A stretch of DNA of 64,000 bases. Source: a virus (taxonomy: Duplodnaviria > Caudoviricetes). The stretch is taken from the IMG/VR virus record IMGVR_UViG_3300022654_000689; one strand, written 5' to 3'. The notes beneath the pieces are model-generated. The model did no database searches. It saw only the letters and a list, made by a program, of their open reading frames with translations, and was not told the origin of the DNA. A program made the translations under genes and the position numbers. Shown here one piece after another: positions 51,276-60,429 of the stretch (positions are counted from its first letter, which is position 1; every line of letters begins with the position of its first letter).

Positions 51276-52232
51276 TTAATTACACATTTTTGCAAATGCA
51301 CTATAGGCTCCTACTATTTCTCTTTCACATATAGAATTAAATATAGGATCTGTAACAAGTCCTCCTAAAGCTACTGTACTAAATAACATTCCTAAGAATG
51401 ATGGTAAATAGTCTATAGCTAATGCAAATCCTGTTCCGTACATTCTAACCCAGTTTTCAGTAAAACTACGCATATTTAGACTAAATAAACCTGGAACTCC
51501 TTTAAACGCTGCAAACAATGTATTTATATTTTCATATTTGGTCTTATCGCTACCTAATTCAGCTTCTAATCTTTCTATTTCAGTTTTACTAGTTCCTCCA
51601 ACACATGACATATATGCTATTTCATGTAATGCTTTTTGGTCTAGTTGACATCCTGACATACTTAATAGATAAAATTTAGCAAACATGAATCTTATAAGAT
51701 CTGATTTCATAGCATCATTATCAACCGCATATAATTTTATTAATATTTTAGTAGCTAATTTACTATAAGCTATACTTCCTTGTTTTCTTAAATTATCGTT
51801 ATTGGCAACTACTTCCCATTTTTCGTTAAACATTTCAAGCACTGCTGCATTTTGCATTAAGCAGAATAAAGTTCTAGCATTTACTACTAATTCTTCATCC
51901 CTGTTACCTCTGCAAGGTATACTTGATAAATCTACTACAAAGTATGGTTTAGGGAAACCTGGTTTACGTATACCAACTACATTTAAATATTTAGGTAAAT
52001 TTACAACACCAGGGTTATATACAAATTTTATACGTCCTTGTTGCATTAAATCTGCAACTTTTGAACTAGTAGGGTATTTTAATTTTCTATTTATTTGATC
52101 TATCGCATCTCTTAGAACAGATAATTCAACTGCGTCTCTTCTTAGATCAATTTTAGATATCATTTCTCCCATTTTAGGAGTTTTTATCATCATACTAAAA
52201 ACAAATGAGTCATTTAATGTTCTTCTCGCCAT
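51276..52232 (-). CDS. Hypothetical protein (late-type promoter)
   Basis: 318 aa; SD GGAGGT; AACA-N6-TA at 52259-52270. Confidence 0.75.
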   Translation of the reverse strand: MARRTLNDSFVFSMMIKTPKMGEMISKIDLRRDAVELSVLRDAIDQINRKLKYPTSSKVADLMQQGRIKFVYNPGVVNLPKYLNVVGIRKPGFPKPYFVVDLSSIPCRGNRDEELVVNARTLFCLMQNAAVLEMFNEKWEVVANNDNLRKQGSIAYSKLATKILIKLYAVDNDAMKSDLIRFMFAKFYLLSMSGCQLDQKALHEIAYMSCVGGTSKTEIERLEAELGSDKTKYENINTLFAAFKGVPGLFSLNMRSFTENWVRMYGTGFALAIDYLPSFLGMLFSTVALGGLVTDPIFNSICEREIVGAYSAFAKMCN

Positions 52233-52258
52233 CGTATTACCTCCGTTTTCTTAATTCA

Positions 52259-52270
52259 TATGGTTTTGTT
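52259..52270 (-). promoter_or_regulatory. AACA-N6-TA promoter motif (52232 ORF)
   Basis: Minus strand aaca-aaacca-ta. Confidence 0.65.
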
Positions 52271-52328
52271 TTGATTATATTTACATATTATAAAAATGAG
52301 AAACAAAATGTATAATGGAGGTATGAAT

Positions 52329-53381
52329 ATGTATAATTATAAAATTAGCGTGACTGCCGATTGGCATTGGGGTTGTAAAGATGATAATAAATTATTTTAT
52401 GAAGAGTTTCCGTTATATATGCAACATTTAAGAGAAGATAAACCTGATGCTATAATAATATGTGGAGATTGGTATCATAGAATACTTAAACTTACAGAAT
52501 CTCCAAGCAAGTACTCGTTCAATGCAATGTATCAATTAAATGAGTATTCAATAAATCATAAAGTTCCATTAATTATATTAAAAGGAACCAAAACACATGA
52601 TAATAATCAGCTTAACAATCTAGCACGTATTAATAATCCATATTTTAAAATTATTAATACTGTAACAGAAGATATTCTTTTACCAGGGCTTAAAGTTTTG
52701 TATGTTCCAGAAGAATATATTGAAGATGGATATTATGATAAGTACTTTAATGTAGAAGAACATTATTATGACATAATATTTGGGCACGGAATGTTTGATT
52801 TTGCAGGATTTAATAAAGACTCTAAAGAAAGACAACTTAAAAATGCACCAACATTCAAATCTAATCTATTTGATAGAATATCTAGAGTTACATTATTTGG
52901 ACACGTTCATAATAGACAACAGAAAGGTAATGTGTATTATATAGGAAGCTATAGCGCTAATAGCTTTGATGAGATAGGAGATAGAGGTTGGATATTATTA
53001 AACATTACTGATGACGAACATGAAGTAGAATATAAGAATAATGAAAAAGCTCCTAAGTATATAACCGTTAATATTGATAAGATTGAAGGAGAAACTGATA
53101 TAGAAAAAATGTCAGTTATAAATCAGATAAGAGAGGATTATGACTATATAAGAATAATAAGTAATTCTAAAGACGCAGAAGGACTTAAAGCTTTAACAGC
53201 TTCAACTAATATTAAAGTTCAAGTAAAACAACAAACGGAAACCAAACAAGTACCAGAAGAATATAGATTTGTATTGGACGATACAATAGATTTAGATGAA
53301 AAGATAAAACGTTATGCTAAGTTGCAATACGGTATAGATTTAGATAAAGAATTCATACAAACTAACATTAAGGAGGAATAA
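52329..53381 (+). CDS. sbcD: SbcD/Mre11-like metallophosphoesterase nuclease
   Basis: Motifs ADWH, GDWYH, KGTKTHD, GHG and GHVH. ATG 52329 follows GGAGGT (track start 52296). Confidence 0.85.
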   Translation: MYNYKISVTADWHWGCKDDNKLFYEEFPLYMQHLREDKPDAIIICGDWYHRILKLTESPSKYSFNAMYQLNEYSINHKVPLIILKGTKTHDNNQLNNLARINNPYFKIINTVTEDILLPGLKVLYVPEEYIEDGYYDKYFNVEEHYYDIIFGHGMFDFAGFNKDSKERQLKNAPTFKSNLFDRISRVTLFGHVHNRQQKGNVYYIGSYSANSFDEIGDRGWILLNITDDEHEVEYKNNEKAPKYITVNIDKIEGETDIEKMSVINQIREDYDYIRIISNSKDAEGLKALTASTNIKVQVKQQTETKQVPEEYRFVLDDTIDLDEKIKRYAKLQYGIDLDKEFIQTNIKEE

Positions 53382-53383
53382 AC

Positions 53384-53719
53384 TTGCCTACCGTCAAGGA
53401 GATAAAAGGAGTAAAAAGAATACATTTTAATAATAATCTCACTATAGAATTTGACATAATAGCTTTAGAAAAAGGGGAAGAAGTAGAATCAGTATTATAT
53501 GTTTTATATTATGGATTATTCCATGTGGACAGAATGGAAATTCTTATACAAAATCTACTCCGACGAATTGATAATGATTGGTTGGATGACATGATGTTAT
53601 TTGTCGGAAGTAGACCTAATAGAACATACGGAATAGGTACTGAATATCCATTATTTAATAGTATTATAAAATCCATCAAAGATAATAGAGATAGATTTAT
53701 AATTGAAGCTAGTTTATAA
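53384..53719 (+). CDS. Small hypothetical protein with conserved C-terminal tag
   Basis: TTG start after AAGGAGG; ends DRFIIEASL. Confidence 0.72.
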   Translation: MPTVKEIKGVKRIHFNNNLTIEFDIIALEKGEEVESVLYVLYYGLFHVDRMEILIQNLLRRIDNDWLDDMMLFVGSRPNRTYGIGTEYPLFNSIIKSIKDNRDRFIIEASL

Positions 53720-53749
53720 TTGCATATTATATTTTTGTAGTAAAAATTT

Positions 53750-53761
53750 AACATATAGTTA
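53750..53761 (+). promoter_or_regulatory. AACA-N6-TA promoter motif (dnaB)
   Basis: aaca-tatagt-ta. Confidence 0.6.
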
Positions 53762-53783
53762 ACTATGAGGAGAGTGATATTAA

Positions 53784-55454
53784 ATGGCATTGAAAAAGAG
53801 AGGAGAAAACAAGTATAAGTTTGATTTAAATTCTAATCATTTAGATCTGATGCTTGCATATTGCTATAGTGGCAATGAGAATATCACAATGAGAGGAATA
53901 ATGAATTTAAAGAATTTCGTAGATATGGTTGATGAAAAACAATATGAAAATGACTATGGAATGAATTTAAGAATAATTATGCTTAAATTTACGTTAGATG
54001 CAGTAGTATCTAATGGAATAAGAGAGTATGAATTAATAAGAGGCCATGTAGAGAATAATTTAACAGATCAAAACATGAAATCTGACATGGATATTATACT
54101 TGAAAGTATAGAGGAATTTGGTGAGTTATCTAATAGTGACATACAATTTATAAATGATTATGTATCAGATAGACTAACTAATTTATATCTTTATAAGTAT
54201 GAGGCTCCATTAAATGAATGCTTAGAAAGACTTAAAACAGGTAATACTAGTATTAAAGAACTTAATGAAAGATTTGATACGTTAATAACTGAATTGTATA
54301 CCAATATTAAACACGCAAGAAGTACTAAGAGCAATATGGGAAGTAGCGATTTCTCATTTAGAAACGAAAGATCATTCACTGAAGTTACAAACAGAACTAT
54401 CAAACAATTAAACAAACCTTCTAACTTTATTAAAACTGGTATTAAAGAATTGAATAACATGTTAGGTGGAGGATGGGAAAGTGGTAGATGCTACGTGCTC
54501 CTTGGTCTTCCTAAACGTTTTAAAAGTGGTTCACTTCTTAATGCAGCTATATGGGGTGCTAAGTATAATAAAGACGTTGTAACCAAAGATCCAACTAAAA
54601 AACCTGCAGTTGTTTATATAAGTATGGAAAACAGTTCTGAAGAAACATTAGAACGTATATTTCACTATGCAAGTGGAGAAAGCATTAAGAAGTATACAAC
54701 GAGACAGGCACAAGATCTAATACTAGAAGAACTTACTATTGAAGGCAGTGAAACAGATTTAGTTATATGGTATAGACCTAATAGGAGTATAAGTACAATG
54801 GATCTTGATGCATTATTAGATGATTTAGCTATAGAAGGATTAGAGTGTATAATGCTAGTACAAGACTATATAGCTCGTATTAAACCTTCTGAATATACTG
54901 GTGATACTCGTATAGATTATGGGACAGTTGTTAACGATTTCACTGTCTGCGCTAAAAGTAGGAATATACCTGTATTAACGGCAGGACAGTTGAATAGGGA
55001 AGCTTTAAGAAAATTAGAAAATGGAATAGACAATAATAATTCCGACTTAGCTAAGAAGATAGGTTCTGCAGAAGTTGGTGAATCACAATTAATTATAAAC
55101 AACTGTGATATGGCAATAGTAGTTAATAAAGAAGCAAGTGCTACACTTAATAAAAATTTCTTAACATTTAAATGTGTTGCTTGTAGATATAAAGATGTAG
55201 AGAAACCATATTTTGCACATCCATTTGTAGATGGTAATGGTATGAGATTAGAAGAAGATTTAAGAATGACTAAGTCTATGTCAACAGCAACAATAAGTGA
55301 AAAACTTAATAAGTTTGATCCTAATATAAACCAAAGTGTAAATCCACGTTTTGGTGGAAAATCACAAAGTGTAAATGCGCAAATGAGTAAACGTAATTTA
55401 GGACAAGATGTAGATGCATTAAATCCAAATGATGATGACTTTGCGAATATATAA
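53784..55454 (+). CDS. dnaB: DnaB-like replicative helicase (SF4)
   Basis: IKTGIKELNNMLGGG, atypical Walker A LGLPKRFKS, YISMEN, LVQDYI, TAGQLNR. Confidence 0.88.
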   Translation: MALKKRGENKYKFDLNSNHLDLMLAYCYSGNENITMRGIMNLKNFVDMVDEKQYENDYGMNLRIIMLKFTLDAVVSNGIREYELIRGHVENNLTDQNMKSDMDIILESIEEFGELSNSDIQFINDYVSDRLTNLYLYKYEAPLNECLERLKTGNTSIKELNERFDTLITELYTNIKHARSTKSNMGSSDFSFRNERSFTEVTNRTIKQLNKPSNFIKTGIKELNNMLGGGWESGRCYVLLGLPKRFKSGSLLNAAIWGAKYNKDVVTKDPTKKPAVVYISMENSSEETLERIFHYASGESIKKYTTRQAQDLILEELTIEGSETDLVIWYRPNRSISTMDLDALLDDLAIEGLECIMLVQDYIARIKPSEYTGDTRIDYGTVVNDFTVCAKSRNIPVLTAGQLNREALRKLENGIDNNNSDLAKKIGSAEVGESQLIINNCDMAIVVNKEASATLNKNFLTFKCVACRYKDVEKPYFAHPFVDGNGMRLEEDLRMTKSMSTATISEKLNKFDPNINQSVNPRFGGKSQSVNAQMSKRNLGQDVDALNPNDDDFANI

Positions 55455-55483
55455 GAGAATAGTTTAATAAAACTATTCTCTTA
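55452..55483 (+). terminator. Hairpin after dnaB
   Basis: taagagaatagttt-aata-aaactattctctta. Confidence 0.65.
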
Positions 55484-55511
55484 ATTAAATTTAAATTAGA
55501 GGAGGCAATTT

Positions 55512-55898
55512 ATGAGAATTAAACTTGGAGTTTGTAAGTGTGCAACTGCTAAAGTGCGTGAACATAATACACCAATTATAATAAACATTAGTGACAATAT
55601 CATAATTAAAGATGACAAAGAATATAGAGGAGATGTAACTTTAATATGTTCTACTATAGATACTCATGTTATAAAAAATCCCGTTAGTTCAGGTTCAGTA
55701 TTTACTAATTTTGCAGCATTTAGAATTATATTTGGAGAGGAAACACACACGTTATCAAATGTGATATTAACAGATAACACAGCTTATGGAAGTAAAGAAC
55801 AATTAAAAACATTAGAAGAGGATAAACTTATAATTGAAGATATAGTACGATTTCTAGAAACCTATAAAGAAAGAATTAATATAGATATTTTAATTTAA
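55512..55898 (+). CDS. Small hypothetical protein with conserved C-terminal tag (paralog of 55916..56254)
   Basis: MRIKLG..FAAFRI; ends ERINIDILI. Confidence 0.75.
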   Translation: MRIKLGVCKCATAKVREHNTPIIINISDNIIIKDDKEYRGDVTLICSTIDTHVIKNPVSSGSVFTNFAAFRIIFGEETHTLSNVILTDNTAYGSKEQLKTLEEDKLIIEDIVRFLETYKERINIDILI

Positions 55899-55915
55899 AT
55901 TAGAGGAGGTAATTT

Positions 55916-56254
55916 ATGAAAATTAAATTTGGAACATATGCCTATGCTGAAAAAGCTAAAGGAGATAATTTTAAATTATATATAGACCATTGTGATGTAT
56001 GGATTAAAGATGAGGAGATACATGATGAACAAGTATCTATATTATGTATGCCATCGTGTTTTGTAGACGATGATTCTTCTTTTGCGGAATTCAGAATATA
56101 TGTCATGCATTACTGTATTCCTTTATTAGTTTTTCATACAGGTGGTATTGTAAGTAATAGAAAGCTATGGAATGAAACTAGAGAATTAACAAAACAAATT
56201 ACAGAATTTATAGAAAAACATAAAGAAAAAATTGATATAGATGTACAAATTTAA
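55916..56254 (+). CDS. Small hypothetical protein with conserved C-terminal tag (paralog of 55512..55898)
   Basis: MKIKFG..FAEFRI; ends EKIDIDVQI. Confidence 0.75.
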   Translation: MKIKFGTYAYAEKAKGDNFKLYIDHCDVWIKDEEIHDEQVSILCMPSCFVDDDSSFAEFRIYVMHYCIPLLVFHTGGIVSNRKLWNETRELTKQITEFIEKHKEKIDIDVQI

Positions 56255-56275
56255 TTAAATCAGGAGGCGTAACTA

Positions 56276-57521
56276 ATGGCGATAACTTTAACACCTAAAC
56301 AAGAGAAAGCTAAAAAAATGATATATGATTGGTATAATGGTAATTACACAAGCAGATATCCTGACTCTAATGTATTTGTATTAGCTGGAATAGCTGGATC
56401 CGGTAAATCAACAATGTTATTTGAAGCTATAAATGAATTAGGTTTAACAATAGGAAAAGATGTATTATTTTGTACATTTACTGGAATGGCTGCATCGGTG
56501 TTAAGTAGAAAGAAGTGTCCGGCAGCAACTATTCATAGAACAATTTATAATATTGCAAAAATTAAAGATAATAAAACTAAAAAGTATAAGTATGTATATA
56601 GATTAAAAACTAAAGATGAATTAGACGGAGTAAAGTTAATAGTAAATGATGAAGCTTCTATGACTCCTCCTAATATTCTTGAACAACTAAGGAGTTTTGG
56701 GATAAAATTATTAACAGTAGGTGATCCCTGAACAGCTACCTCCGATAACGGGTTCTAATGACTTATTCGACTATATGGACGTATTTTTAGATGAACCTCA
56801 TAGACAAGCTTTAGACAATCCAATATTCTGGTTAGCTAATGAGATTCGTTTAGGAAATTATGTGGATTACGGGAGGTATGGAGGAAATGTACAAATTGTT
56901 CCGAAACTTTCTGTCTCCGAGGATAATCTTGTTAAGCTTATTAAAACTGCCGATCAAGTTATGGTTGCTAAAAACAAGACGGCTAAGTATATTAATGATT
57001 TATATAGGGCTAGGGTGTTGGATATATATCCCGAAGATAATAGACCTCTACCAACAGTGGGAGAGAAATTAATGTGTGTAAAGAACAACTGGGGAAATTC
57101 TGTTAAATTAGAAAATGGTGCTGAGATATTTTTAGTAAATGGAATAATTGGATACATGGATGGATTAGTAGAATCTCATAAAAAAGCTAATGTTAGTAAT
57201 ATAGTATTTAGACCTGAATTTTCAGATAACCCTTATGACCCGATTATGATGGATAATATTCCATTTATAGACCCTAAAGTAGATCCTAAAGGAGATAATA
57301 TATTAGATATCCATCCTGAGTTACAATTACATCGTCATGATGAAGCTTATAGTAATTTAGATTATTTCATGTTTGCATATGCATGTACTGTGCATAAGTT
57401 ACAAGGTAGCAGTATGAAAAAAGGTTTGTTAATAGAAGAAATCCTTAATAAAAAATGGCATAAAAATTTATTATATACTGCAGTGACTAGAGCAGAAGAA
57501 AAATTAATAATATTAAGATAA
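56276..57521 (+). CDS. Dda/RecD-like SF1B helicase, interrupted by a +1 frame change at CCC-TGA (56726-56731); fused product about 414 aa
   Basis: Frame 0 has GIAGSGKST, FTGMAA, TIHR, DEASM and VGDP. The +1 frame has EQLPPI, HRQA, AYACTVHKLQGS and LYTAVTRA. Motif III (GDxxQLPP) straddles the junction. Confidence 0.88.
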
Positions 57522-57533
57522 TGGAGGATTTAC

Positions 57534-59003
57534 ATGAGAAAAAGCGGAATATTATTACCAATAACAAGTTTACCATCTAAGTATGGAATAGGAAGATTAT
57601 CTAAAGAAGCCTTTCAATTTATAGACCAACTTAAAAATGCCAAACAAAAAATTTGGCAGATATTACCACTAGTTCCAATTGGTGGCGGTGATTCTCCCTA
57701 TCAATCATATTCGACATTTGCAGGAAATCCGTTATTAATAGATCTAGATCAATTAATTACAGAAGGGTTATTAGAACAATACGAGGTTGATAGTATTAAT
57801 TGGGGAGATAGCATAGATTTTGTAGATTATGATAAAGTTCGTAATGGAATGAATATAGTATTATATAAAGCATTTAAACGATTTAAGCCTATACTAAATC
57901 CAGATTATTTCACATTCTGTAAGAAAAATGAGTATTGGCTAGAAGATTTCTCATTATATATGTCAATTAAAGATGAAAATGATGGAAAAATGTGGTGTGA
58001 TTGGGAAGATTATAGATTAAAAATGAGATATCCTGATGCAGTTAATGCAGCAAAACTTAGATTAGGAAACAGAATGGATTATTATAAGTTCCAACAATAC
58101 AAATTTTATCAACAATGGTTGCTTATTAAAACATATGCAAATTTATCAGATATAGAGATATTTGGAGACCTACCTATATATGTATCACTAGACAGTTCAG
58201 ATGTATGGTGTCATCAACAATTATTTAAATTATGGGAAGGAAAACCTACTGAAGTAGCAGGATGTCCACCTGATGATTTTGCAGAGGATGGACAACTTTG
58301 GAATAACCCATTATATTATTGGCCAAATCATAAAATGACAAATTATAGTTGGTGGGTTGATAGAATAAAACATTGCTTTGAGTTGTATGATATTGTAAGA
58401 TTAGACCATTTTAGAGGATTTGATGAATGCTATTCAATACCATATGGTGAAACAACCGCTAGATATGGATACTGGAAGAAAGGACCAGGAATGGAACTAT
58501 TTAATGAGGTAAAAAGAAAATTAGGTAATGTTAAACTAATTGCTGAAGATTTAGGATTAATGACTGACGGAGTTAGACAATTACTAAAAGATAGCGGTTT
58601 CCCTGGAATGAAAGTGCTTCAATTCGCTTTTGGTTATGGAGATAAGAACGAACAGATACCAGCTAATTACGAAACTACAAACTGTGTAGCGTATACAGGA
58701 ACTCATGATAACAATACTTTAAAAGGTTGGTGGGAAACCGCATCAAATGATGAAAAAGAATTATGTAAGAGTTATTTCGAACATCACAATGATATATATT
58801 GGGAAATGATAAAACTTGTAATGACTAGTAAAGCTGATACTTGTATAATTCCAATGCAAGATTATTTAGGTTTAGACGAACATGCTAGAATGAACACACC
58901 AGGAACGGTAGGTATTAACTGGAAGTGGCGAATGAAACCTGAAGCGTTCCGCAAAGACTTAATAAAACGTATAAGACTACTAACAGAATTTAGTAATAGA
59001 TAA
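57534..59003 (+). CDS. malQ: 4-alpha-glucanotransferase (amylomaltase, GH77)
   Basis: GILLPITSLPS, WQILPL, GDLPIYV, GQLWNNPLY, RLDHFRGF, IAEDLG, YTGTHDNNT, RMNTPG. Confidence 0.96.
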   Translation: MRKSGILLPITSLPSKYGIGRLSKEAFQFIDQLKNAKQKIWQILPLVPIGGGDSPYQSYSTFAGNPLLIDLDQLITEGLLEQYEVDSINWGDSIDFVDYDKVRNGMNIVLYKAFKRFKPILNPDYFTFCKKNEYWLEDFSLYMSIKDENDGKMWCDWEDYRLKMRYPDAVNAAKLRLGNRMDYYKFQQYKFYQQWLLIKTYANLSDIEIFGDLPIYVSLDSSDVWCHQQLFKLWEGKPTEVAGCPPDDFAEDGQLWNNPLYYWPNHKMTNYSWWVDRIKHCFELYDIVRLDHFRGFDECYSIPYGETTARYGYWKKGPGMELFNEVKRKLGNVKLIAEDLGLMTDGVRQLLKDSGFPGMKVLQFAFGYGDKNEQIPANYETTNCVAYTGTHDNNTLKGWWETASNDEKELCKSYFEHHNDIYWEMIKLVMTSKADTCIIPMQDYLGLDEHARMNTPGTVGINWKWRMKPEAFRKDLIKRIRLLTEFSNR

Positions 59004-59008
59004 GAATG

Positions 59009-59039
59009 AAAGAGAGGAATTATGTTCCTCTCTTTTTTT
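59009..59039 (+). terminator. Rho-independent terminator after malQ
   Basis: aaagagaggaa-ttatg-ttcctctcttt followed by a T-tract. Confidence 0.85.
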
Positions 59040-59054
59040 GTGAAAAATTTGAAT

Positions 59055-59066
59055 AACAACTTTATA
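59055..59066 (+). promoter_or_regulatory. AACA-N6-TA promoter motif (59090 operon)
   Basis: aaca-acttta-ta, just after the malQ terminator. Confidence 0.65.
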
Positions 59067-59089
59067 TTACGCAACTTAGGGGGATTTAT

Positions 59090-59263
59090 ATGAAAAATGA
59101 AGAAAGCCTATTTAATGAAGATTTTAATTTAAAAGAATCATTAAAATTAGATTTTGAATATACTGATGATGAATTATTCGTTGAACCTTATCAAAAATAT
59201 TTAGATAAATTAAAGGCTCAAGGTAAACTACAAGGACATAATAAATCTACTAAGAAAAAATAG
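59090..59263 (+). CDS. 57-aa hypothetical protein missing from the ORF track
   Basis: SD AGGGGG and ATG at 59090; MKNEESLFNEDF...NKSTKKK-TAG. It lies directly downstream of an AACA-N6-TA motif, and its stop overlaps the SD of the next gene. Confidence 0.7.
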   Translation: MKNEESLFNEDFNLKESLKLDFEYTDDELFVEPYQKYLDKLKAQGKLQGHNKSTKKK

Positions 59264-59274
59264 GAGGGAACTTA

Positions 59275-59658
59275 ATGAAATTAGAAGCTGTTAAAAGTTT
59301 TATGGAAGACCCTAATAAATGGCAAAATTTTGAATATATGATTACATCTGCGAACGGAAAATTCCCAGCTAACAGTATAATGGGATTTAAGCGTAAACGT
59401 AAGTTTATAGATCCAAATAAAGAAACTATATTTAACAATCCAAGAAACGGAATATATGAAAATAACTGGTATTTTACATACGATGAAAATGACGAACCTA
59501 GTTTAGGAACTTTAGAATTTGACGAAGGATTAGAAATATTAAGATTTCAAGAAAAATCAACAAGCCGTATAATAGAATATGATATAAGTCAAATATTATT
59601 AATAGCATACAGAGAAGTAGATTCACCAAACTATCCAGGTTTAGCAGCTAATATATAA
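59275..59658 (+). CDS. Hypothetical protein
   Basis: SD AGGAGG; 127 aa. Confidence 0.75.
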   Translation: MKLEAVKSFMEDPNKWQNFEYMITSANGKFPANSIMGFKRKRKFIDPNKETIFNNPRNGIYENNWYFTYDENDEPSLGTLEFDEGLEILRFQEKSTSRIIEYDISQILLIAYREVDSPNYPGLAANI

Positions 59659-59670
59659 AGGAGGATAACT

Positions 59671-60429
59671 ATGAAATATTTAGATAAAGACTATAAAAAG
59701 AAATTTATAGATAATGATCAATTATATAAAGAAGATGTATATATACCTGATAACTCACAAGTTGGATTCTGTGAAAATTTTAGTAGAGATTGCATGATAA
59801 CTATACCAGAAAAAGAGCAACCAATGGTTATGCTGGAAGATGTTTCGGATTTTTCACAAGGAAGAGTATTGTCTGAAAATTCATTATTTACAGGATCATA
59901 CAAATTTGCTAAGGATGTATTATTAGAACAAAGAAAAGGACAATTTGACCAAATGTGTGATGATTTAGCATTTGCTGTTAGAGAAAATTGTTTAGATGCA
60001 TTTATGGAGGATTATGAATTAATAAGAGGGTATATAGATGACTGTTATGCTTTAAAATTAATGGAAGCTGAAGAACCTTCTGTTAATGCTTGTATAAAAT
60101 ATTACGAGCATTTAATAAATGCAGTTAATAATAATGAATTACTTAATGAATGGAAAGCTGATAAATTTATAATAGAAGAATGTATAAAAAATAGTGCAAA
60201 ATTAGATGCTGTTAAAGATAAATTCTGCCCACCAAGTACTAAAGGTTGTCAAAAACATATAGAGGCTACTGGAGTTCCTGGATGTGTTGGAAGTCAAAAG
60301 GCAGATGGATTGAAAAAAGATGTTGATAGATCTGGAGTTGTTAAAACTCCATTGTTAGAACCAGATACTCAATTAGTAACTATAGAAGACAGAAGTCTTG
60401 AAGAAAATATATGGGATATAGATATGTAA
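59671..60429 (+). CDS. Hypothetical acidic protein
   Basis: SD AGGAGG; 252 aa. Confidence 0.75.
   Translation: MKYLDKDYKKKFIDNDQLYKEDVYIPDNSQVGFCENFSRDCMITIPEKEQPMVMLEDVSDFSQGRVLSENSLFTGSYKFAKDVLLEQRKGQFDQMCDDLAFAVRENCLDAFMEDYELIRGYIDDCYALKLMEAEEPSVNACIKYYEHLINAVNNNELLNEWKADKFIIEECIKNSAKLDAVKDKFCPPSTKGCQKHIEATGVPGCVGSQKADGLKKDVDRSGVVKTPLLEPDTQLVTIEDRSLEENIWDIDM

Noticed and set aside
21507-56270. Recurrent TTAAATT immediately 5' of GGAGG in many accessory genes
   Set aside because: The pattern is real, but A/U-rich pre-SD tracts are common in low-GC Firmicute genes and phages. I cannot distinguish it from a generic translation enhancer without statistics.
22183-59003. Interpretation as bacterial chromosome or prophage because of clpP, malQ, the aminopeptidase and the antiporter
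   Set aside because: These genes are isolated among phage genes, and several share the phage promoter/terminator pattern. The split RNAP subunit and giant virion genes indicate a jumbo phage, and no integrase or att site was seen.
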